Made by a program: the position numbers and the translations under genes
Assembly: GCA_001822835.1 (NCBI GenBank)
Contig: MHSS01000008.1
Location: forward strand, 9,039 to 73,038
Source: Candidatus Terrybacteria bacterium RIFCSPHIGHO2_01_FULL_48_17
GTDB taxonomy: Bacteria > Patescibacteriota > Minisyncoccia > Terrybacterales > 2-01-FULL-58-14
Length of the DNA: 64,000 nucleotides
Direction: 5' to 3'
Shown here: positions 46,150-53,981 of the stretch, piece after piece
Layout: every line of letters starts with the position of its first letter
Position numbering within the stretch: position 1 is the first letter of the stretch
Notes under the pieces: model-generated
What the model saw: the letters and a program-made list of their open reading frames with translations, nothing else
What the model was told of the DNA's origin: nothing
The model's database searches: none

Positions 46150-47318
46150 GGTGTCTGAAGAATCGTAGTAAGCGTTTGTTGAGCACATGATTTCCATGAG
46201 AAATCCCGTGCACGTATACGGCCTGATTCTCTCATATTTTTACGCAACCCTTCATTATTCAACACGTCACGGAATGCCCTCTCAATTGTTCCGACATCGC
46301 GCGTATTTGAAACATCATAAGCTGCATCGCCGACAACTTCGGCAAGAGAGGTGTTTTTGGTTGTAATTAAAGGAGTGCCTGCTGCCATTGCTTCAAGCGC
46401 CGGCAACCCAAACCCCTCGTAATCCGAAAGCCATACCATAGCGGTTGCTGACTGGATTATTGCAGGTAGCAATTGTGGGTCAATGAAGTCAACACGTTTT
46501 ATCGCATCTCTCCCAAGCCGATTGTTGATTTCTCTTACACGTTTATTGATATTGGCAGGAGGTCGTGTTCGATCTTTCCCCGCAATTAAAAACTGCAGGT
46601 CCTTAAATTCGTGTGCGATTCTCTCAAATGCCTGTATGCACTCGGGAATATGTCTGCGCGTGAAAATTGATCCCACAAACAAGAAAAATGGAGGCAAGAT
46701 GCTATATCGCATGCATGCCCTTTTTTTGTCTTCTTCTGTTTCATCAAAGAAAAACTCTTCCCCTGCCCCCTCGGGCGTAACGATGGTTTTCTCCTTTCGG
46801 ATATACCACACTCGTGTTATTTCGGTTTTTGTAAACTCTGAAGGCACAAATATATGCGCTGCACGCGTTGCGGACCAACGCGACAGGATCGGTAAAAAAA
46901 TACGATCAAACATTCCCGGCCAAAAATAAAGATCGGGTCGTGCCGCATAGACAATGTCATGTATAGTTACGCTAAACGGCACACTACTTAGGAGAGGCGC
47001 GACATATGCGGGATAAAAGGCATGTTCAATATGATCTTTACGCAATGCCCACGGGAAAGCGACATGAAGAAAAAAAGCGTTCGAGGGATGGCCAAAGTAC
47101 ATGGGCAGGCGTTTCAACGAAAAAGAAGGGGCTCCAAAAATTTTTGCAATATCGGACGGTATCTCTTTTTTAAAATAAAGGAAAAACTGAGCATGTATGG
47201 ACGATGTTTGTTTCCATTCCTTGAGTAATTCATAAAGATACCGGCCCACGCCGGTTCTCTCTCCTTCTAATGATCGAGCATCAATACCTATACGCATAGG
47301 ATTTTGTGCCTTATACAC
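46146..47318 (-). CDS. GT4-family glycosyltransferase (GT-B)
   Basis: C-terminal EGFGLPALEAMAAGTPLITT (E-x7-E region). Confidence 0.85.
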   Translation of the reverse strand: MYKAQNPMRIGIDARSLEGERTGVGRYLYELLKEWKQTSSIHAQFFLYFKKEIPSDIAKIFGAPSFSLKRLPMYFGHPSNAFFLHVAFPWALRKDHIEHAFYPAYVAPLLSSVPFSVTIHDIVYAARPDLYFWPGMFDRIFLPILSRWSATRAAHIFVPSEFTKTEITRVWYIRKEKTIVTPEGAGEEFFFDETEEDKKRACMRYSILPPFFLFVGSIFTRRHIPECIQAFERIAHEFKDLQFLIAGKDRTRPPANINKRVREINNRLGRDAIKRVDFIDPQLLPAIIQSATAMVWLSDYEGFGLPALEAMAAGTPLITTKNTSLAEVVGDAAYDVSNTRDVGTIERAFRDVLNNEGLRKNMRESGRIRARDFSWKSCAQQTLTTILQTP

Positions 47319-48268
47319 TATTCTTTAATTTCTCCTACCTTATGCAGCCATGCATCCCGTATGCCAAGCATAACGCCAGCAGCAAATGGGCGTTTTTCGG
47401 GCAAAAACAGCCATTTAACGGCATGCCATGCGGCTCTCGGTACACTCCACAGATAAGCAAGAATAATCTTTCCAAACGGGGCGTTGCGCAAACATAAAAA
47501 AAGACCGCCCCTCACGTGATAGCGCACATATTTCACCGATCGTTCGGGCGTGCTTGCCGCACCCTTATGCCACACCTTTGCGGCAGGAATAACGGCACAC
47601 AACCAACCTGCTTTTTTCGCACGCAGCGACCATTCGGCATCCTCGTAATATAAAAAATAGTCTTCTGGCATAAGATGGATTTCCTCAAGAATTTGTCGTC
47701 GGATCAACAAACAGCCACCGGTTGCGTATCCGGTCTCCACATACTCATGCCCATTCAACTGTCCAGAATCCATCTCGTTGACGAAGCGATGTTTTCCTCT
47801 CGTGTATAACCAATTGATATCAGCACCCGCAAACCAAAACTGATTTGTTTTTTCCCCATTGTCTTTCATTCGATATATTTTAGGATTTGCCAAGCCAATA
47901 GTATGATGCTTTTCCATCACGTCAAGCATCTGTTTTAAGAACCCGGGGTCCACGATAGTATCGTTATTCAATAAAAGGACATAGCCAGCACCTTTGTGGT
48001 AGGCAATTTTAATGCCTATATTATTGCCGCCGGCAAAACCGAGGTTCTCCTTGTTGGCAATCAGGGTATAGGGTACAGGGTACAGATCCTTATTTTTATC
48101 GATAAATTCTTGGATTTTCGTTACGGACTCATCTTCTGATCCGTTATCAACGACAAGTACTTCAAAAACGGGCTCTTTGACAACCAAAAGCGACTCGAGG
48201 CATCGCAAGGTGTCTTTCCATCCATTCCAATTCAAGACAATTATGGTGGTTTTAGTCGGTTTTTCCAT
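47318..48268 (-). CDS. GT2-family glycosyltransferase (GT-A)
   Basis: TIIVLNWNGWKDTLRCLESL...VVDNGSEDES (DxD) N-terminal domain. Contains an in-frame GGGTAYA x3 repeat encoding YPVPYTL. Confidence 0.85.
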   Translation of the reverse strand: MEKPTKTTIIVLNWNGWKDTLRCLESLLVVKEPVFEVLVVDNGSEDESVTKIQEFIDKNKDLYPVPYTLIANKENLGFAGGNNIGIKIAYHKGAGYVLLLNNDTIVDPGFLKQMLDVMEKHHTIGLANPKIYRMKDNGEKTNQFWFAGADINWLYTRGKHRFVNEMDSGQLNGHEYVETGYATGGCLLIRRQILEEIHLMPEDYFLYYEDAEWSLRAKKAGWLCAVIPAAKVWHKGAASTPERSVKYVRYHVRGGLFLCLRNAPFGKIILAYLWSVPRAAWHAVKWLFLPEKRPFAAGVMLGIRDAWLHKVGEIKE

Positions 48269-48430
48269 ATTTTTTACGAGCGCGTAGTGCTTCGAGCGGG
48301 TTACGAGGCCGGAGCGGCCATGGTTCCCGCTTCAATAAAAATTATAATCGTACGCGGGAGAGCGAAAGCCGAGTCCCCGAGTTCCGCTCGGTGGGCGGAA
48401 CGAGGAAAGCAAGAAGCACTACCGCGAGTA
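48269..48430 (-). promoter_or_regulatory. GC-rich structured intergenic region upstream of the GT2-led glycopolymer operon (long-range inverted repeat CGCGTAGTGCTTC/GAAGCACTACCGCG enclosing hairpins, e.g. CCGAG-ttccg-CTCGG)
   Basis: 162 nt between the hydrolase stop and GT2 start. Shares the word GAGTCCC(C)GAG with the repeats at 2845-2925. Contains an internal TATAAT. Confidence 0.35.
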
Positions 48431-51106
48431 TCATTCCCATACTTTTTGTACCACGGTTCCGGGATAATACGTCGTTACAATTGTAGCCGCTACTGAACCA
48501 AGCTCTGCCATTTTGCGAGCACCTGCAGCATCAAGACCAATGCAATGCACTGCTCCGCCACAGGAAGTATATTTATATGTCGTGCCTTCCGGATCCCCTA
48601 CCCCGCCTTTAAGATATTGGTATGCCGCCTCGCAAAATTTTCCGCCCCAAAGCATGCAGGCATTTAGTGTTGGTCCGGGAGCTCCCGAAGAATACGCAGA
48701 AAGTACCGGAGTACCAATATACATTGCAACCATGCCTCGTGTTGCTACAACCGCCGCAACCGGGTCTTTGGCGCGCAGTTCAAAATTATATCCCTTGTAC
48801 CACTGGTCTGCGGTAGTGCGACGAATATGGAATGGCTCCTCTGCCCTTTTGCCCCCTTTCTTAATATAGTGATATGCGTATGAACGCGTAGTAATAGCAA
48901 ACGCTTTAGCGTATTCAGGATTCTCACCGTTAATGGTCTCGGCAATTCCTTTCAGATAACTTTCAATAGGCAATTCATTAATAAACCAAAAAGTGCCCGT
49001 ATTGTCTTGTCTTAATTCAATAATGCCACGAAAACGGTTATCGTTTAAACCGTTCCATGCAGGATCTGTATAAGGCGCAATAGTGGCAATACCCTCCACG
49101 TGTGGCTCAAATCGCCAGATCTCGGCGTTTTGCGGGATAACGCTATATGTCGTTCCTCCTACTTGGGTCGAAACCGTGGTTCCGTTTTTCTTTACGGAAT
49201 ATAAGACATCATAAGAGATATCAATTTGATTACCAGAAGCTACAGTCGCAAGCCCCACGCGCATCGTTGGCTCCACCGCCCCGCTATTTGTTTGGTTTTG
49301 CTGTTCTTGCTGTTGTTGATTGGCCTGGTTCTGTTGTTGACTGACAGCCACGGGTTCTTGCGTAGCATCGGCTGCCGAAATAATGGGTTGTGCTTCCGGA
49401 TATGCGGAAAGTTCCGAAAGGGTAACCGATCGTATGGCATCCCAACGGAAATTCAACGCCAGAAAAACATCCGGAGTTTGTATCCAACGGCGAAATCCTT
49501 TTTGTACAACGTAAACAGCCCCGCTGCCTTCGGTCCTGATAAGCGACCCGTCCGGCCATGTCACATACTGACCCTGTGAATAGTAGGATGAAAGCTCCTG
49601 ATCAGAAACCGTTCTGATATCATCCCATCTGAAATTTTTGGCGACAAACAAGGCAGCAGAAGCAAAGGGACGTTTCAGGCCATTTTCTAAAAGATATACT
49701 GTGGGTGCAGCACCCTTCACAAGAGAACCTGACGGAAAAAGCATAGGATCTGCTTTAGCGTAACCTGAAAGATCTTGATCGAGTAACGATTTAATAGCAG
49801 ACCAAGCATAACGCAACGCAGTAAAAAGCGGTGCTGAGGAAATGTGGCGGAGTTTCCCTGATTCGAATATATAAACCCTTTCGTCTGATCCTTTAACTAA
49901 TGTCCCGTCGGGGTATGGAAGTGGGTTGCCAATGCGCCAAAGCGACAATTCACGGTCAGATGCCTCTTGTATCGCATCCCATCGAAAACCCGAGGCGACA
50001 AAAAGATCTGCCGTAGGTATGGCGCGACGTATTCCCTGCTCGATTTTATATACCCTAGGACGGGTAAACGATTTTACTAAAGATCCGTCAGGCAAACTCG
50101 AAAGTGTTGCGCGGGGGAAAAGCGTTAATTGGGTACGCGCGATCAAAAATGCTAAAACGGCCGAAGCATTACGATCGTGTAATGCTCCCTCTTGTATCGC
50201 AAACACGCCCTGCATATTTTGTGCCTGATAAAACATCCCAGCGAAAGTTTGTACATATGGCGTCGCAGCAATACGGGCCGGAGCCATATCATAAGTATCG
50301 GAATTGCCCGACTCAATATCCCCATGGGATGCGAGCGTTGGCCCTACAAAAGAAGAACCGAAAGAACCAGAAGCAACATCGCACGAACCGTCACTGCGTT
50401 TCTGGTTTTGCCAAACCGTCGTGGTGACGTTCATTGCCGCAGGGTCAAAACCGTTTGCCGCACCAAGCCAAGCGGCAAGTCGCGCAACAGAATCCTCCTG
50501 CTCTTGGCTCATTAAACCTGCCCGCCAATCCCCCAACAACAGCACGCCGGCTGTTCCAATATTAAAATTTTGGCACGTTGCATCTTTATAAAGATGAGCC
50601 GCCCGGGAACCGTTGCCGCCATAACGCCCCTCGTATATCCTCCCCTGCCGATCAATGATATAGTTATATCCAATATCGCCCCACCCGCGCGTTACACTAT
50701 GATAGCGGTAGATATTTTGAATCGTGGAAATCGGATATTGGGTTGCGTTTTCAGTACAGCGTTCAGGATTCAAGCATCCCTGATCATGCAACACTATGCG
50801 TTCCACACGGCTATAATCAGGAGGGCTAGTGCTTTGGGCATCTGGAAGCCAGGTTAAAAGATTTTTCAGATCTTGTGTATTTTCCCATGTCCCGCGGGAG
50901 TAAACTAAAGGAACATCGCTGCCGGAATACGTTGTTTCTGTAGAAAGAGAGGTTCCGCTTGTTTCGGAAGGTATTGTTTGCGGGTCGGCTTCATTTGATC
51001 CGGCCTCCTGCGCAATCGCCACAAACATCCCCGGCAATACAAAAATCGCCACCAGCAAAATGGCAGTCGCTAAAAGCATTATTACGATACCGCGCATAGG
51101 GACCAC
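48431..51106 (-). CDS. secreted multidomain peptidoglycan hydrolase: amidase_2/PGRP-like domain, four about 70-aa tandem repeats, and a C-terminal SpoIID/LytB-like domain (891 aa)
   Basis: Signal peptide. Amidase_2-like HDQGC...YHSVTRGWGDIGYNYIIDRQGRIYEGRYGG. Repeats G(S/T)L(V/I)K..(A/S)..VY......R.I....F.A..FRWD.I..VS..ELS.Y. C-terminus HCIGLDAAGARKMAELGSVAATIVTTYYPGT resembling SpoIID. Confidence 0.8.
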   Translation of the reverse strand: MVPMRGIVIMLLATAILLVAIFVLPGMFVAIAQEAGSNEADPQTIPSETSGTSLSTETTYSGSDVPLVYSRGTWENTQDLKNLLTWLPDAQSTSPPDYSRVERIVLHDQGCLNPERCTENATQYPISTIQNIYRYHSVTRGWGDIGYNYIIDRQGRIYEGRYGGNGSRAAHLYKDATCQNFNIGTAGVLLLGDWRAGLMSQEQEDSVARLAAWLGAANGFDPAAMNVTTTVWQNQKRSDGSCDVASGSFGSSFVGPTLASHGDIESGNSDTYDMAPARIAATPYVQTFAGMFYQAQNMQGVFAIQEGALHDRNASAVLAFLIARTQLTLFPRATLSSLPDGSLVKSFTRPRVYKIEQGIRRAIPTADLFVASGFRWDAIQEASDRELSLWRIGNPLPYPDGTLVKGSDERVYIFESGKLRHISSAPLFTALRYAWSAIKSLLDQDLSGYAKADPMLFPSGSLVKGAAPTVYLLENGLKRPFASAALFVAKNFRWDDIRTVSDQELSSYYSQGQYVTWPDGSLIRTEGSGAVYVVQKGFRRWIQTPDVFLALNFRWDAIRSVTLSELSAYPEAQPIISAADATQEPVAVSQQQNQANQQQQEQQNQTNSGAVEPTMRVGLATVASGNQIDISYDVLYSVKKNGTTVSTQVGGTTYSVIPQNAEIWRFEPHVEGIATIAPYTDPAWNGLNDNRFRGIIELRQDNTGTFWFINELPIESYLKGIAETINGENPEYAKAFAITTRSYAYHYIKKGGKRAEEPFHIRRTTADQWYKGYNFELRAKDPVAAVVATRGMVAMYIGTPVLSAYSSGAPGPTLNACMLWGGKFCEAAYQYLKGGVGDPEGTTYKYTSCGGAVHCIGLDAAGARKMAELGSVAATIVTTYYPGTVVQKVWE

Positions 51107-51147
51107 GCCCTTATTCTACTATAAAAGACGTTACAGCACAATGGTTC

Positions 51148-52593
51148 TTACCGTTTGCGTCTCGTCCCCTGCATCATATTTAGAAGTTTTTGTGCAACGC
51201 GCCACTGGTCACCCGCACCAACCGCTAACAGGATGGCGTTTTGAGGAAGTATGTTGCGGAGCACCTGCGCGGCCTCTTGGTGTGTTGCAAAATGAGGCGC
51301 CCGCAGAGTTTTTGCAAGCTCCCTTGATCCTATTTTCCCCTTCCGCTCGCGCGCAGAACCGTATGTAGTAAGGATATACACCCTATCCGCAAGATGAAGC
51401 GCTTTTACAAAATCACGGAAAAGCGCTTGAGTACGTGAGAAAGTATGCGGCTGGAAAAGTATATGTACCGGCCGCCTGGGAAAAGCTTGTCTTGCTGCCC
51501 TTATGGTTACTGCAATTTCCGTTGGGTGATGCGCATAATCATCAATCACTACAGGGGATAAGGTGTGGGGGACAAAACGATGAGGAGAGAGAATTTCGAA
51601 ACGGCGACGAGTGCCCTGAAATGTTTTAAGTGCTTTTTTGATATGTAAAAATGGATAGCCGAGTGCCAAGCCGCACGCAATTGCTGCTACAGCATTATAT
51701 GCGTGGTGTTCGCCAAATAATTGAAGCGTCACTGCGCCAAGGCGTTTTTTATTGAAAAACACAGAAAACAATGTTCCCCGGGGGCCGACCGTAATGTTGG
51801 CGACACGAACCACGCTTCGGGGGTGTTTACCGAACGAGAAAACTTTGTGCTGCTGCTGTTGCGCCACGCGCCATGCTACCCTGTTATCTCGTGGAACGAT
51901 AATTATTCCCCTTGTTTTGAGCCGTCCGATAAACTTTTTGAATGCCCAGGCATATTTCGCAAAACTAGGAAACACATCGGGGTGATCCCATTCTACGTTC
52001 GTCAAAACTATCATATTTGGTTGATAGTGAAGAAACGCGTTTTTATATTCATCGGCCTCCAAGACAAAGTAGGGCTTAGTGCTAAGCGTTGAGTGCTTAG
52101 TAACACGCGCATTCGATTCCCAATTAAGAACCTCTGCCCCAATAAGCGCGGTTGGGTCGGCGCCGAGTTTCTCCAACATCACTCCAATCATTGCTGCAGT
52201 AGTTGATTTACCATGAGTGCCAGCAACTGCAATACCAAAAGAATTATTGAATAACTCCCCCACCGCTTCAGGATACGATAATACCGGAATGCTCCTTCTC
52301 TTCGCCTCTCGCACTTCACCGTAACCTGATCCCTTGTCCCTGGTCCTTGGTCCCTGCATATACGCATTCGACGCAACCACAAAATCCGCACCCCTTACGT
52401 TCTTTGGAGAAAACCTCTCTAGTACCGAAATACCCAACCGTTTTAAAATCGCGTCAGTATAAAATTTTTCTTTCGTGTCTGATCCCTGTACTCTATACCC
52501 CAATCCCTTCAGTATCTGCGCCAATCCCGCCATACCGGCGCCCTTAATGCCAACCATCCATATTTTTGCGTTCTTCCTAAAAACCATATGCAT
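51148..52593 (-). CDS. murC: UDP-N-acetylmuramate--L-alanine ligase
   Basis: MVGIKGAGMAGLAQIL, P-loop GTHGKSTTAAM, Mur ligase middle and C domains. Carries the in-frame insertion GPRTRDKGSG (52327-52356). Confidence 0.9.
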   Translation of the reverse strand: MHMVFRKNAKIWMVGIKGAGMAGLAQILKGLGYRVQGSDTKEKFYTDAILKRLGISVLERFSPKNVRGADFVVASNAYMQGPRTRDKGSGYGEVREAKRRSIPVLSYPEAVGELFNNSFGIAVAGTHGKSTTAAMIGVMLEKLGADPTALIGAEVLNWESNARVTKHSTLSTKPYFVLEADEYKNAFLHYQPNMIVLTNVEWDHPDVFPSFAKYAWAFKKFIGRLKTRGIIIVPRDNRVAWRVAQQQQHKVFSFGKHPRSVVRVANITVGPRGTLFSVFFNKKRLGAVTLQLFGEHHAYNAVAAIACGLALGYPFLHIKKALKTFQGTRRRFEILSPHRFVPHTLSPVVIDDYAHHPTEIAVTIRAARQAFPRRPVHILFQPHTFSRTQALFRDFVKALHLADRVYILTTYGSARERKGKIGSRELAKTLRAPHFATHQEAAQVLRNILPQNAILLAVGAGDQWRVAQKLLNMMQGTRRKR

Positions 52594-52594
52594 A

Positions 52595-53362
52595 TTATCG
52601 CAACCGGGTTGCGATAGATTGTCTTAAAATCAAAATCGGAAATATAATCGCTGCCCGGAATATGCGCGGAAAACGTCTCGGTTGTGTGCTTAAACGCCAC
52701 AACCACTCAAGACCTAGGATGCGTAAAATCCTAGGGGCGCGTACTGCGGTTCCTGCCCAATAATCAATAGCTCCGCCAATACCCATCGCAAGACGGAGCG
52801 AGGATAATTGCGGCGCTACCCGCGCAATCCAGAACTCTTGCTTTGGAGCCCCAAAAGCTACGAGTAAGATCCGTGGCATGAAATGCCGGATTCTGGAAAT
52901 AATTTCCTGCTCAAGGCCTTTTTCTTCCGTCTCCCCCCCCGTCTTAACTCCTAAACTGCCGTTTTGTGGTTCGGCGTGGATAGAAAGACCCGGATATTTC
53001 TCTACGAGTTTCGCCGCGGCCTTCTGTACAACTCCTTCTCTTCCACCCACCAGTACAACCCGTTCGCCATGCCACGCCGCATGAGTAATAAGATCAAGGG
53101 CAAAATCCACGCCGCTTATCCTTCCCGGAAGAGTTCTGCCTATCATTTTGCTTGCAAGAACCACCCCAATGCTATCCGGTAAAGAAAGGTCTGCGCTATT
53201 CAACACATCACGATATGCCCGGCTTTTTCGTGCCTCAAGCAATATCTCGGCATTGGGAGTAAATATAAAATGCGTTGTGTTACTGTGGAGAAAATCGACG
53301 GCTTGTGCTAAAACCTCGCGACGACTGAGTGAACTTATCGAAACGTCAAAAATCTTGATCAT
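52595..53362 (-). CDS. tagA: WecB/TagA/CpsF-family glycosyltransferase (UDP-ManNAc(A) transferase of a glycopolymer linkage unit)
   Basis: IFDVSISSLSRREVLAQAVDFLHSNTTHFIFTPNAEILLEARKSRAYRDVLNSADLSLPDSIGVV, typical GT26. Start at the internal ATG overlapping the ligT stop by 4 nt. A G8 run lies at 52933-52940. Confidence 0.8.
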   Translation of the reverse strand: MIKIFDVSISSLSRREVLAQAVDFLHSNTTHFIFTPNAEILLEARKSRAYRDVLNSADLSLPDSIGVVLASKMIGRTLPGRISGVDFALDLITHAAWHGERVVLVGGREGVVQKAAAKLVEKYPGLSIHAEPQNGSLGVKTGGETEEKGLEQEIISRIRHFMPRILLVAFGAPKQEFWIARVAPQLSSLRLAMGIGGAIDYWAGTAVRAPRILRILGLEWLWRLSTQPRRFPRIFRAAIIFPILILRQSIATRLR

Positions 53363-53940
53363 GACGCCGTCATAACAAAAGGATAAGCGTTTACGGTTTC
53401 GTATTCTGCCCCGCTTTTTCGCAAATGGCTCTCCATAAGATCTAGGGTTTTGGGCATAAAATCGAAGGAGGGCATAATACCGATTTCTGGTTTTTTGCTG
53501 CCAAATTTCCGGCGCCATTCGTGTTCTTTCATTCTTCCGATCGTAATATGGGGCAAAAGATCACGACGTTCGAGCTCAAATGAAACCTCTAAGCGCTGTA
53601 ACGATTCTCCCAGGGCTTCTTTTAATATAGAGAGCTCCCGCGATGAATTTGCGTAAAGCCAAAACATCCTTGGCAAATCCCGTGGCGGTCCGTAATCTAT
53701 ACTGGTGAAATGGATTGAGGGTGGCGCGGACATGCGCGCAATGTTGCGTACCGCCGCTTCAATCACGCCAACGTGTCGAGGTATAACCCAACCTATAAAA
53801 AGAACGGTTATATGAAGATTTTTAGGACTGGTCCAACGAACCGGAAAATCCCATACTTTCTGTTGCCATATTCCAACCCGTTGCTTCAAATCATTGGAAA
53901 GGTTTATTGCAACAAAAAGACGTCGTTTTTTCTCCTCCAT
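53359..53940 (-). CDS. thpR: RNA 2',3'-cyclic phosphodiesterase (2H family; LigT/ThpR)
   Basis: Two H-x-T/S-x motifs: LHITVLFIG and PHITIGRM. Confidence 0.8.
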   Translation of the reverse strand: MEEKKRRLFVAINLSNDLKQRVGIWQQKVWDFPVRWTSPKNLHITVLFIGWVIPRHVGVIEAAVRNIARMSAPPSIHFTSIDYGPPRDLPRMFWLYANSSRELSILKEALGESLQRLEVSFELERRDLLPHITIGRMKEHEWRRKFGSKKPEIGIMPSFDFMPKTLDLMESHLRKSGAEYETVNAYPFVMTAS

Positions 53941-53981
53941 TAAGAGTATAATAGCATTATAGATTAGGGGCTTGCCATTAT

